The position numbers were made by a program, and so were the translations under genes. A DNA stretch of 40,146 nucleotides from an uncultured Alphaproteobacteria bacterium (GTDB lineage: Bacteria > Pseudomonadota > Alphaproteobacteria > CAAHEQ01 > UBA3637): NCBI GenBank assembly GCA_944391545.1, contig CALXTZ010000001.1:1-40146 (forward strand). The letters run 5' to 3'. Numbering within the stretch: the first letter of the stretch is position 1; each line of letters opens with the position of its first letter. Of the stretch, positions 1 to 7,203 are shown piece after piece. The notes beneath the pieces are model-generated. The model worked only from the letters and a program-made list of their open reading frames with translations, was not told where the DNA came from and searched no databases.

Positions 1-501
1 TGCGGATCCACAAAAGGTCAATGTAATGCGTGTAATGCGGCTTCGGCAGAAAACAATGAGACTCTTTGCAAAAATTGCGGATGGGATTGGGTTTATACCT
101 TTGTTATGTACGACAGCCAGGAGAATTTTGCATGTGGCGGGACTAAATGGTGTCAGGCCAGATATGGCAGCGGTGGGGATACCTATTTTGCGGCTCCAAT
201 CTCAGGAGATGTCGAGGGGACATATTGTTGTAAAGAAGGTCAGGCGGCCTATGTTGCTTACAGTGCAGGGGAGTACGCCATTCAATGCTGCACGGCAGAT
301 CGCATTTTCATGCATGCTCCAATAGTTAAAAACGGCAAGACTTTCACGTCTTATATGTGTTGCGAAGGAGAAAATTTCACTGGAGAAACAAAATGCTATA
401 CGAACACGTATAACGGCGTTACATCAACCTATTGCAGATGCTGTTATACAGACTGTTACGTCCTGGGAGACGGCACGCAACACTGTAGTATAAGGTGCTG
501 A
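1..501 (+). CDS. Cysteine-rich secreted/surface protein, C-terminal fragment (5' end lies outside the window)
   Basis: Frame 1 is open from nt 1 (CGSTKGQCNACN...) to TGA at 499-501. There are 20 Cys in 166 translated residues, including four CC doublets (YCC, QCC, MCC, RCC). It is the same compositional class as the 681-aa protein at 24535-26580. Confidence 0.55.
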   Translation, partial: CGSTKGQCNACNAASAENNETLCKNCGWDWVYTFVMYDSQENFACGGTKWCQARYGSGGDTYFAAPISGDVEGTYCCKEGQAAYVAYSAGEYAIQCCTADRIFMHAPIVKNGKTFTSYMCCEGENFTGETKCYTNTYNGVTSTYCRCCYTDCYVLGDGTQHCSIRC

Positions 502-535
502 TTTTAAAAAGCTTAAAAAAGTCTTAAAAAAGTCC

Positions 536-564
536 TTGCCAAGCATTTGAATCCATGCTAAAAC
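536..564 (+). promoter_or_regulatory. Candidate sigma70-type promoter upstream of ppdK (TTGCCA-17 nt-TAAAAC)
   Basis: Hexamers read directly at 536-541 and 559-564 with a 17-nt spacer. It lies upstream of the hairpin at 589-647. Confidence 0.35.
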
Positions 565-588
565 CATTGCTGTTTTAGAAAGTTTTTT

Positions 589-647
589 TCCCGTTTTTAA
601 AAGGGATTCTGGTTGAATATGCCTTTAAAAAACGGGAGTACTTTTTT
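589..647 (+). terminator. Terminator-like long hairpin plus T6: either the terminator of the upstream Cys-rich gene or an attenuator in the ppdK leader
   Basis: TCCCGTTTTTAAAAGGG (589-605) pairs with CCTTTAAAAAACGGGA (622-637) with one bulge, followed by GTAC and TTTTTT (642-647). Confidence 0.45.
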
Positions 648-676
648 GTTTAACTAGGTGAAAGGATAAATGATCC

Positions 677-3337
677 ATGACAAAATGGGTTTATACGTTT
701 GGTGACGGTCAAGCTGAAGGCCGCGCTGATATGAGAAACTTGCTGGGCGGCAAAGGCGCAAACTTGGCCGAAATGGCAAGCATCGGCGTTCCGGTCCCTC
801 CGGGATTTACAATCACAACGGAAGTGTGTACTTATTTTTATGACAACAACAAAACTTATCCGGCGGATTTAAAAGTACAAGTCAATGCCGCTTTAGCCGG
901 TATCGAAGCAAAGATGGGTAAAAAGTTCGGTGACGCCGATAACCCGTTGTTGTTCTCCGTGCGTTCCGGTGCGCGTGTTTCCATGCCGGGCATGATGGAT
1001 ACGGTTTTAAACCTCGGTTTGAATGACGAAACAGTTAAAGGTTTGGCAAAAGTTTCCGGTAATGAAAAATTCGCTTACGACTCTTATCGCCGTTTCATTC
1101 AAATGTACGGTGACGTCGTGATGGGCGTTCATTCCGATAACTTTGAACATGTTTTGGACAAAGTCCGTGATGAAAACGGTTACAAATTCGACAACCAAAT
1201 GACGGTTGAACAATTAAAAGACGTCATTGCTCAATTCAAAAAGATTTGTGACGATGCCGGCAAACCGTTGCCGCAAGATCCGCAAACACAATTGTGGGGT
1301 GCTATCGGGGCCGTATTCGGTTCTTGGATGATTGACCGCGCGATTACGTATCGTAAACTCAACAACATTCCGGGCAACTGGGGAACAGCCGTGAACGTTC
1401 AAACCATGGTGTTCGGCAACTCCGGCGACAATTCCGCAACCGGGGTGTGCTTCTCTCGCGACCCGGCAACCGGTGAAAACTATTTCTACGGCGAATACCT
1501 GAAAAATGCTCAAGGGGAAGACGTCGTGGCCGGTATTCGTACACCGCAACCGATGACAAAATTGGTCAAAGAACGCTCCGGCACGGATATGCCTTGCATG
1601 GAAGAAGAATTCCCGGAATTGTTCAAACAATTGTCTGACATCCGCGCTAAATTGGAAGCGCATTACAAAGACATGCAAGACATGGAATTCACAATTCAAG
1701 ACGGTAAATTATGGATGCTGCAAACCCGGAACGGGAAACGGACCGGAACAGCGGCTTTACGCATTGCCGTTGAAATGGTGAAAGAAGGCTTGATTGACAA
1801 AAAGACGGCGATTATGCGCGTTGAAGCCGGTCAAGTGGATCAATTGTTACACCCGATGTTCGACAAAAAAGCGAAAAAAGAAGTCATTGCACGCGGGTTG
1901 CCGGCTTCTCCGGGTGCGGCTGTCGGTCAGGTTGTTTTCTCCGCAGCTGATGCGGAAAGCTGGGCCGGTCAAGGCAAAAAAGTGGTTTTGGTTCGTGTTG
2001 AAACATCTCCGGAAGACATTTCCGGTATGCACGTTGCGCAAGGTATTTTGACAGCGCGCGGCGGGATGACGTCTCACGCTGCCGTTGTGGCGCGCGGCAT
2101 GGGTAAACCGTGTGTTTCCGGAGTGCCTGAATTGCGGATTGACTACACGGGCAAATTCTTGAAAGTCGGCGATTTGGTCATCAAAGAAGGCGACATGATT
2201 TCCATTGACGGATCAACCGGTGAAGTGATGAACGGCGCTTTGGCGTTGGTCTTACCGGAAATGACCGGCAACTTCGGTGAATTCATGGGCTGGGTTGATG
2301 AAATCCGCAAATTGCGTGTTCGCGCCAATGCCGAAACACCGAAAGATGCGCAAACGGCTCGTCAATTCGGTGCCGAAGGAATCGGTTTGTGCCGGACGGA
2401 ACACATGTTCTTCGATCCGGGTCGGATTAACCACATGCGCGAAATGATTTTGGCAAAAACCGAAGCTGACCGCCGTGTTGCTTTGGACAAATTGTTGCCG
2501 TATCAACGCAACGACTTCGTCGAATTGTTCAAGATTATGGAAGGTCTGCCGGTAACGATTCGTTTGTTGGATCCGCCGTTGCATGAATTCTTGCCGCACA
2601 AACACGACGAACAAGTTGAAATTGCGCAAGAACTGGGCGTTTCTGTTGAAGAAATTGCGGCGCGGACGGCTCAATTGCACGAAGCTAACCCGATGTTGGG
2701 TCTGCGCGGTTGCCGTTTAGCGGTTGTCTTCCCGGAAATCTGCGAAATGCAAACACGGGCGATTATCGAAGCCGCTTTGGAAGTCGATGCGCAAGGCATT
2801 AAAGTCATTCCGGAAATCGAAGTGCCTTTGATTTCTTCCAAGAAAGAACTCGAAATCTGCAAGAAGATTATCGACAAAACAGCAGAAAAAGTCTTTGCTG
2901 AAAAAGGCAAGAAAGTGGAATACTTCGTCGGAACGATGATTGAATTGCCGCGTGCTGCTTTGTTGGCGGATGAAATTGCCGAAATCGCGGACTTCTTTGA
3001 ATTCGGAACAAACGACTTAACCCAAACAACATTGGGGATGAGCCGTGACGATGCCGGTTCATTCTTGCCGAAATATGTTGAAAAAGGCATTTATGAACGG
3101 GATCCGTTCCAATCATTGGATCAATCCGGTGTTGGTAAATTGGTCGCGATGGCTTGCCAAGACGGCCGCAAGACAAATAAAGAGCTGTATTTAAGCATCT
3201 GTGGTGAACACGGTGGCGATCCGGCTTCGATTATGTACTTGAACCAATACTTGGATGGCGTTTCCTGTTCGCCGTACCGCGTGCCGATTGCACGTTTGGC
3301 TGCAGCACAAGCTGCCGTTAAAGACGAACAAAAATAA
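677..3337 (+). CDS. ppdK: Pyruvate, phosphate dikinase
   Basis: 886 aa. Motifs seen: N-terminal GGKGANLAEM, phospho-His loop GGMTSHAAVVARGMGKPCV, RTEHMFF, and C-terminal ICGEHGGDP. An SD-like GGTGAAAGGA lies upstream. Confidence 0.97.
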   Translation: MTKWVYTFGDGQAEGRADMRNLLGGKGANLAEMASIGVPVPPGFTITTEVCTYFYDNNKTYPADLKVQVNAALAGIEAKMGKKFGDADNPLLFSVRSGARVSMPGMMDTVLNLGLNDETVKGLAKVSGNEKFAYDSYRRFIQMYGDVVMGVHSDNFEHVLDKVRDENGYKFDNQMTVEQLKDVIAQFKKICDDAGKPLPQDPQTQLWGAIGAVFGSWMIDRAITYRKLNNIPGNWGTAVNVQTMVFGNSGDNSATGVCFSRDPATGENYFYGEYLKNAQGEDVVAGIRTPQPMTKLVKERSGTDMPCMEEEFPELFKQLSDIRAKLEAHYKDMQDMEFTIQDGKLWMLQTRNGKRTGTAALRIAVEMVKEGLIDKKTAIMRVEAGQVDQLLHPMFDKKAKKEVIARGLPASPGAAVGQVVFSAADAESWAGQGKKVVLVRVETSPEDISGMHVAQGILTARGGMTSHAAVVARGMGKPCVSGVPELRIDYTGKFLKVGDLVIKEGDMISIDGSTGEVMNGALALVLPEMTGNFGEFMGWVDEIRKLRVRANAETPKDAQTARQFGAEGIGLCRTEHMFFDPGRINHMREMILAKTEADRRVALDKLLPYQRNDFVELFKIMEGLPVTIRLLDPPLHEFLPHKHDEQVEIAQELGVSVEEIAARTAQLHEANPMLGLRGCRLAVVFPEICEMQTRAIIEAALEVDAQGIKVIPEIEVPLISSKKELEICKKIIDKTAEKVFAEKGKKVEYFVGTMIELPRAALLADEIAEIADFFEFGTNDLTQTTLGMSRDDAGSFLPKYVEKGIYERDPFQSLDQSGVGKLVAMACQDGRKTNKELYLSICGEHGGDPASIMYLNQYLDGVSCSPYRVPIARLAAAQAAVKDEQK

Positions 3338-3363
3338 TCATCCGATTATTTGAAGCACAAAGT

Positions 3364-3392
3364 CCCCCGCCCTCAAAGCGGGGGATTTTTTT
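3364..3392 (+). terminator. Rho-independent terminator of ppdK
   Basis: CCCCCGC (3364-3370) pairs with GCGGGGG (3378-3384) around a 7-nt loop, followed by T7 (3386-3392). Confidence 0.8.
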
Positions 3393-3439
3393 GATCCGTT
3401 TCCCGCCCCTGATGTAGTTTTTTTTGGGGATCCTTCCCT

Positions 3440-3460
3440 CCCCCGATGCGGGGGATTTTT
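3440..3460 (+). terminator. Second, near-duplicate terminator hairpin
   Basis: CCCCCG-ATG-CGGGGG followed by ATTTTT. It shares the CCCCCG...GCGGGGGATTTTT core with the hairpin at 3364-3392. Confidence 0.5.
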
Positions 3461-3738
3461 CGACCGTTTATTTTAATACTGGACAAAATTGCAGTTGTCT
3501 GTTATTCTGGCGCAGTTGCATATATTGTATGCAACAAGGGCGTAGAAAACCCTTATCAAATCAGTCGTTAAGCATAACGACTCAAAATAAATATGCCGAT
3601 AATCTGTTCCTACAAGGGCGGATGTCGGCGAATAAGGCTTTGGCTGAATAAACCGAGCCGTCTGATAGTAAACGGTTTTCTAACATCCGCCCACCTTATC
3701 GGTGGGTTTTGTTTTACAAAACTTGGAGGCGTTAGAAA

Positions 3739-4095
3739 ATGAAAAAAACAATCTTAATATTTATAATTATCTTTCAAATTAGTGGGTGTGCATCAATGAA
3801 TACATCACATGTAATGACTATAAAGGGTGTTCCTATTTATGAAAGTAGATGTGACGGGACGTGGTTCAATTTTTCATCCTGTTTAAGATATGCTTATGAT
3901 ACATGTGAACAATCTGATTTTCAAATCATCTCGAAAGAAGATGAAATTACTGGAGTAGCTCAAAACTCAACAGCTTATTTATATAATACCAATAATCCGT
4001 CATTCTTTTCTGGGGCAACAGCAATTAGAAAAAGAAGTGTTTTATTCTTTTGCGAAAAAGATCTAGATATGAATCAATTAAAAAATAAAAATTAA
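3739..4095 (+). CDS. Hypothetical lipoprotein (AT-rich gene)
   Basis: 118 aa. The signal peptide MKKTILIFIIIFQISGC has a lipobox (ISG|C). SD GGAGG lies upstream. The gene is visibly more AT-rich than its neighbours. Confidence 0.6.
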   Translation: MKKTILIFIIIFQISGCASMNTSHVMTIKGVPIYESRCDGTWFNFSSCLRYAYDTCEQSDFQIISKEDEITGVAQNSTAYLYNTNNPSFFSGATAIRKRSVLFFCEKDLDMNQLKNKN

Positions 4096-4140
4096 GTCCA
4101 TATTACTCTCGCATCCTGCAAGTAAATGCATTTTCCCCCA

Positions 4141-4184
4141 AACAGCTCTTTTGAAACAAAAGAGCTGTTGCTTTCTTGATTTTC
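4141..4184 (+). terminator. Rho-independent terminator after the lipoprotein gene
   Basis: Perfect 12-bp stem AACAGCTCTTTT/AAAAGAGCTGTT with a 5-nt loop, followed by a T-rich tail GCTTTCTTGATTTT. Confidence 0.6.
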
Positions 4185-4217
4185 CCCCAAAGAAGCCCTA
4201 TATCAAAACAAAAAAAC

Positions 4218-4246
4218 TTGACAAAACATCGAGACAATGATAGGAT
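4218..4246 (+). promoter_or_regulatory. Candidate sigma70 promoter TTGACA-17 nt-TAGGAT for the 4271 operon
   Basis: Consensus -35 at 4218-4223, 17-nt spacer, -10-like TAGGAT at 4241-4246, about 25 nt before the ATG at 4271. Confidence 0.5.
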
Positions 4247-4270
4247 ATATTTTTTTAAAGGGAAAAAACA

Positions 4271-4750
4271 ATGACACTTTTTCATTTTTCACATACAAAA
4301 TCTAAAACAGCACAAGAACAGGAAGACCCTCTTATAGAAACGCATACTGAAATTAAAAAGAACGGTCGCTTTACCATTACGGCCACAGTTTCCAACGGAA
4401 AACGAATCCACGAAATTGTCGATATGCGCTATCCGAATTCACATCAAGTTCAATGCCGAGTAACACGAACTGCGGAAGAATTATCCGGTCATTACCAAAA
4501 TCGAACATTCGACCCCGGTATTTGGATTTCAAAATCGACTTTAACCGTTCCCTACGGCACGATTGAACATTTTGATAAAACAGGGGCTTTAATCAGCCGC
4601 AACGAGAAAAAATTCACCTACAAACGCCTGGTCTATTTTAATAAAGACGGATCCGAAATCGTTGCTTACGACACGCGCCAAAAAGCGCAAAGCATAAAGG
4701 TCGGCACACATCTTTTGTCAGTTCGGTCTTTGGCATACGAGCATAGTTAA
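4271..4750 (+). CDS. Hypothetical protein (159 aa)
   Basis: Long ORF behind its own promoter, 4 nt upstream of the HD-domain gene (operon arrangement). I recognise no motif. Confidence 0.55.
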   Translation: MTLFHFSHTKSKTAQEQEDPLIETHTEIKKNGRFTITATVSNGKRIHEIVDMRYPNSHQVQCRVTRTAEELSGHYQNRTFDPGIWISKSTLTVPYGTIEHFDKTGALISRNEKKFTYKRLVYFNKDGSEIVAYDTRQKAQSIKVGTHLLSVRSLAYEHS

Positions 4751-4754
4751 GAAA

Positions 4755-5384
4755 ATGGAAAAGATTCGCCGTATCGTTTCTTTTATGTCCATTTTAAACC
4801 AATTTTGTTTGGTCAATCGAGATAATTTATTATCTGACGGCACGCGCGAATCTGATTCCGACCACACATTCAAGCTTTGTTTTTTGGCAATGCTTCTGCT
4901 GCCTTACTTAAAAACACCCGTCGATGCACTGAAAATCCATCAAATGGCGCTTATTCACGATATTGCGGAAGCTCAAACAAAAGACTTTTCCTATGCCGTA
5001 ACGGCTTCGGATAAACAGGTGCTCGCACAAAAGAAAAAAGCTGAACAAAAAGCAATTTCGGAATATGCCGACCAATTGCCCTCTCCTATCGGCCAGCAGA
5101 TTTTTGATCTTTGGCAGGAATATGAAGCACGGCAAACACGAGAAGCTCAAATCGTTTATGCGCTGGATCGGATGGAAGCGACCCTGCAAAGCAACTTTTA
5201 CAAAGGCGGCGTTGCTTATTGGGGACAATGTCCCAACGGGCAGTTTTATTATGAAAATGCCGTTAAAACACACCCTTATGTACAGGATCTGAAAGAAGAA
5301 ATTCTCAACGATCTTGAACAGGCAGTTGTCCAAATCAGCAAACAAAATATTCAAAAAATGAATGCCGCGAAAACCCGGGCGTAA
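4755..5384 (+). CDS. HD-domain phosphohydrolase (YfbR-like 5'-deoxynucleotidase family)
   Basis: RESDSDHT...(H of HD) followed by ALIHDIAEAQTKD (HD..E...D), and a later ALDRMEA helix. This is the pattern of HD_3/YfbR-type hydrolases. Confidence 0.75.
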   Translation: MEKIRRIVSFMSILNQFCLVNRDNLLSDGTRESDSDHTFKLCFLAMLLLPYLKTPVDALKIHQMALIHDIAEAQTKDFSYAVTASDKQVLAQKKKAEQKAISEYADQLPSPIGQQIFDLWQEYEARQTREAQIVYALDRMEATLQSNFYKGGVAYWGQCPNGQFYYENAVKTHPYVQDLKEEILNDLEQAVVQISKQNIQKMNAAKTRA

Positions 5385-5482
5385 TATTTTTTAAATCACT
5401 CTTGAGCTTTTGTCCAGTTTTTTTACACACTCTTTCAAAGGGCTCTCGCAGTCTTTTCTTTATTTGTTTCAAAGGATTTATC

Positions 5483-5587
5483 ATGCAAACTCATGTTTTT
5501 CTGCCATTTATAGCCTTATCTGTTTTAACGGGCTGTACTTTGCGGCTGCCGGAATCCACTTTGTCAAATGAGTTTCCCCCTCCTTAA
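5483..5587 (+). CDS. Mini lipoprotein ORF (34 aa), possibly the detached signal peptide of the next ORF
   Basis: SD AAGGA lies 8 nt before the ATG. MQTHVFLPFIALSVLTGC has a lipobox (LTG|C). It ends at TAA 5585-5587, in the same frame as ORF 5603-6052. Confidence 0.4.
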   Translation: MQTHVFLPFIALSVLTGCTLRLPESTLSNEFPPP

Positions 5588-5602
5588 TTAAAAATAGATC
5601 AA

Positions 5603-6052
5603 ATGGCCGATGTCCCTGCCGATAAAGACCCGGTCAGTTTGCAGGAAAAAATGGTTTTATATCATTGTTTGCACACGCAAGTGAAGGCTTATCAAGCCCA
5701 TTTGACAAATGCAATTATCCAAGATACACGTTTGCTCGATCAACCGGCACCTCAAGCTCTTCACATCCAACCCACTTGTCAACTTCCCGTTTCGACCGAA
5801 GAAGTACAAAAACGATTAGGGTTGACGGAATCTCAAGTCACCCGCGTCAGCCGATTGTATCATGATTCGCTTAAGATGATTGATGAAGAAATCAGTTATC
5901 TTTCGGTTCGCGAGGCCGGTTCTTATTTATCGGAACAGGAAAGACACTTTTCTCAATTTACGCACAAACTGATTTCCGTTCACACGCACATGACGGGAAA
6001 AGCATTTAATCCGGTTTACTTACGCAATCGCTATCAACACGGAAAAGAATAA
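5603..6052 (+). CDS. Hypothetical protein (149 aa), in frame with the upstream lipoprotein signal peptide
   Basis: Long ORF with no convincing SD of its own. It is in the same frame (frame 2) as 5483-5587 and is separated from it only by TAA plus 5 sense codons. Confidence 0.45.
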   Translation: MADVPADKDPVSLQEKMVLYHCLHTQVKAYQAHLTNAIIQDTRLLDQPAPQALHIQPTCQLPVSTEEVQKRLGLTESQVTRVSRLYHDSLKMIDEEISYLSVREAGSYLSEQERHFSQFTHKLISVHTHMTGKAFNPVYLRNRYQHGKE

Positions 6053-6053
6053 G

Positions 6054-6245
6054 TCATCTTTGGGGACCCTGCAATTGATGAATGAGGCCGCCCGGTTGTT
6101 GCTGATTGCGGTGAAGAATCACTCTTTTTCGAATAGCGACACACCCTTTGGCGGCACCAATCAACAAAGCAGCCAAAATCAAAATAAAGACGATTCTTTC
6201 CGTAAAAGCTTTCAAAGTATCGGTTGTATTTAAATCCGGCGTCAT
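6054..6245 (-). CDS. Possible small membrane protein (63 aa)
   Basis: One hydrophobic helix (IVFILILAALLIGAA). A weak SD GGAAAGG is present. It starts just downstream of a terminator, so support is weak. Confidence 0.3.
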   Translation of the reverse strand: MTPDLNTTDTLKAFTERIVFILILAALLIGAAKGCVAIRKRVILHRNQQQPGGLIHQLQGPQR

Positions 6246-6260
6246 TTTCGGCCTTTCCGG

Positions 6261-6283
6261 GAAAAAGCCCCTTACGGGGCTTT
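6261..6283 (-). terminator. Rho-independent terminator of the ihfA-merR-small ORF unit
   Basis: On the minus strand, AAAGCCCC-GTAA-GGGGCTTT is followed by TTTTT. Confidence 0.6.
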
Positions 6284-6284
6284 A

Positions 6285-6476
6285 CTAACCTTCATTCACG
6301 CGTGTTTGCGCACAACGGCAAGCTGTTCCGCAAGCACCGTTACATCCGCAATTGCCGCTACACTTATGAGCTGCCACCACCGGCAGTTTACGCACTTGTC
6401 TGCCGAACTTATCCGTATCCGGACGAGACATCCGTTCTCTCTTTGCTTTTAAAACAGGATCCATTTTTTCACACAT
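6285..6476 (-). CDS. Small Cys-rich protein (63 aa; metallothionein-like or SCIFF-like C-terminus)
   Basis: SD AAAGGA lies 7-8 nt before the ATG, 26 nt after the merR-family stop. The C-terminus HKCSGNCGCNGACGTACRC has 7 Cys in 19 residues. A terminator follows immediately. Confidence 0.5.
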   Translation of the reverse strand: MCEKMDPVLKAKRERMSRPDTDKFGRQVRKLPVVAAHKCSGNCGCNGACGTACRCAQTRVNEG

Positions 6477-6502
6477 GTTACCATCCTTTCACCGTTCAAG
6501 GG

Positions 6503-6826
6503 TTATATAAATTGCCCGAGATAATCCCGGATTTCTTTCATTTCATCTATAAACCGGTCTGATAAAACCGTAGATGAAACCTCTTCTTTCCCCGAAGATT
6601 TCAAAATCTTCTGAACCCCCTTGATTGTATAGCCGTCTTTATACAGATAGTCCCGTATCTGTGCGATCAGGTCAATATCCTCCGTTCGATAATACCGACG
6701 GCCGCCCACACGTTTAATCGGTTTAATCTGATGAAACTGCGTCTCCCAAAATCGCAAAACATGTGCCGGGACATTCAATATGTCCGAAACCTCAGCGATG
6801 GTGCGATAAGCATTTTCAGATTTCAT
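6503..6826 (-). CDS. MerR-family transcriptional regulator (short, housekeeping type adjacent to ihfA)
   Basis: The HTH YRTIAEVSDILNVPAHVLRFWETQF...GGRRYY is typical of a MerR N-terminal domain. There is no C-terminal metal-binding Cys motif. Confidence 0.9.
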   Translation of the reverse strand: MKSENAYRTIAEVSDILNVPAHVLRFWETQFHQIKPIKRVGGRRYYRTEDIDLIAQIRDYLYKDGYTIKGVQKILKSSGKEEVSSTVLSDRFIDEMKEIRDYLGQFI

Positions 6827-6827
6827 A

Positions 6828-7130
6828 CTAATCCTTGTTTTCGGTTACGCCTGCCACTTCATCTTTTAAAATTTGAGACGGGCAGAAAGATAAAATCGTT
6901 CTGGGCGTAATCGGATGCTCTTCGCCCGTTTTCGGGTTGCGGCCGACACGCGCCGTTTTCTTTTTCAAATAAAAACTGGCAAAGGAAGAAATTTTAACAT
7001 CTTCACCGGCTTCGAAAGCTTTTGTTATTTCTTCAAAGACTTGATCAACCAATTTTTCAGATTCCGTATAAGATAAACCCAAGTCCCGATAAACGGCTTC
7101 CGACAAATCCGCACGTGTAATATTTTTCAT
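6828..7130 (-). CDS. ihfA: Integration host factor subunit alpha
   Basis: 100 aa. It has an HU/IHF fold signature and the arm motif RVGRNPKTGEEHPITPR. Confidence 0.93.
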   Translation of the reverse strand: MKNITRADLSEAVYRDLGLSYTESEKLVDQVFEEITKAFEAGEDVKISSFASFYLKKKTARVGRNPKTGEEHPITPRTILSFCPSQILKDEVAGVTENKD

Positions 7131-7203
7131 TTATTCCTCTTAAAAATTCAATCTTATTAACTTCTTACTGTAAAAGAAAAGCCTTTAAAAATCAAGTCTT
7201 TTC

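Noticed and set aside
1007-3176. Multiple minus-strand and alternative-frame ORFs inside ppdK (for example 1214-1699, 2252-2680, 2671-3090, 1794-2051).
   Set aside because: They are entirely embedded in a gene with unambiguous PPDK motifs. They have no SD and biased, low-complexity translations, so they are shadow ORFs.
3424-3651. 75-aa TTG-initiated ORF between ppdK and the lipoprotein gene.
   Set aside because: It starts inside the second terminator hairpin and runs through a series of perfect stem-loops. It has no SD. The region is better explained as structured RNA.
3480-3716. Idea that the structured region is SRP (4.5S) RNA, 6S RNA or a known riboswitch.
   Set aside because: I could not find the SRP GGAAGCAGC-type motif or the end-to-end closing helix expected for 6S RNA. 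No riboswitch core that I remember (TPP, SAM-II, fluoride, cobalamin) is present either. The family is left unassigned.
6224-6562. 112-aa plus-strand ORF overlapping the small Cys-rich ORF and the merR-family 3' end.
   Set aside because: It is antisense to two better-supported genes and spans a terminator hairpin. It has no SD.
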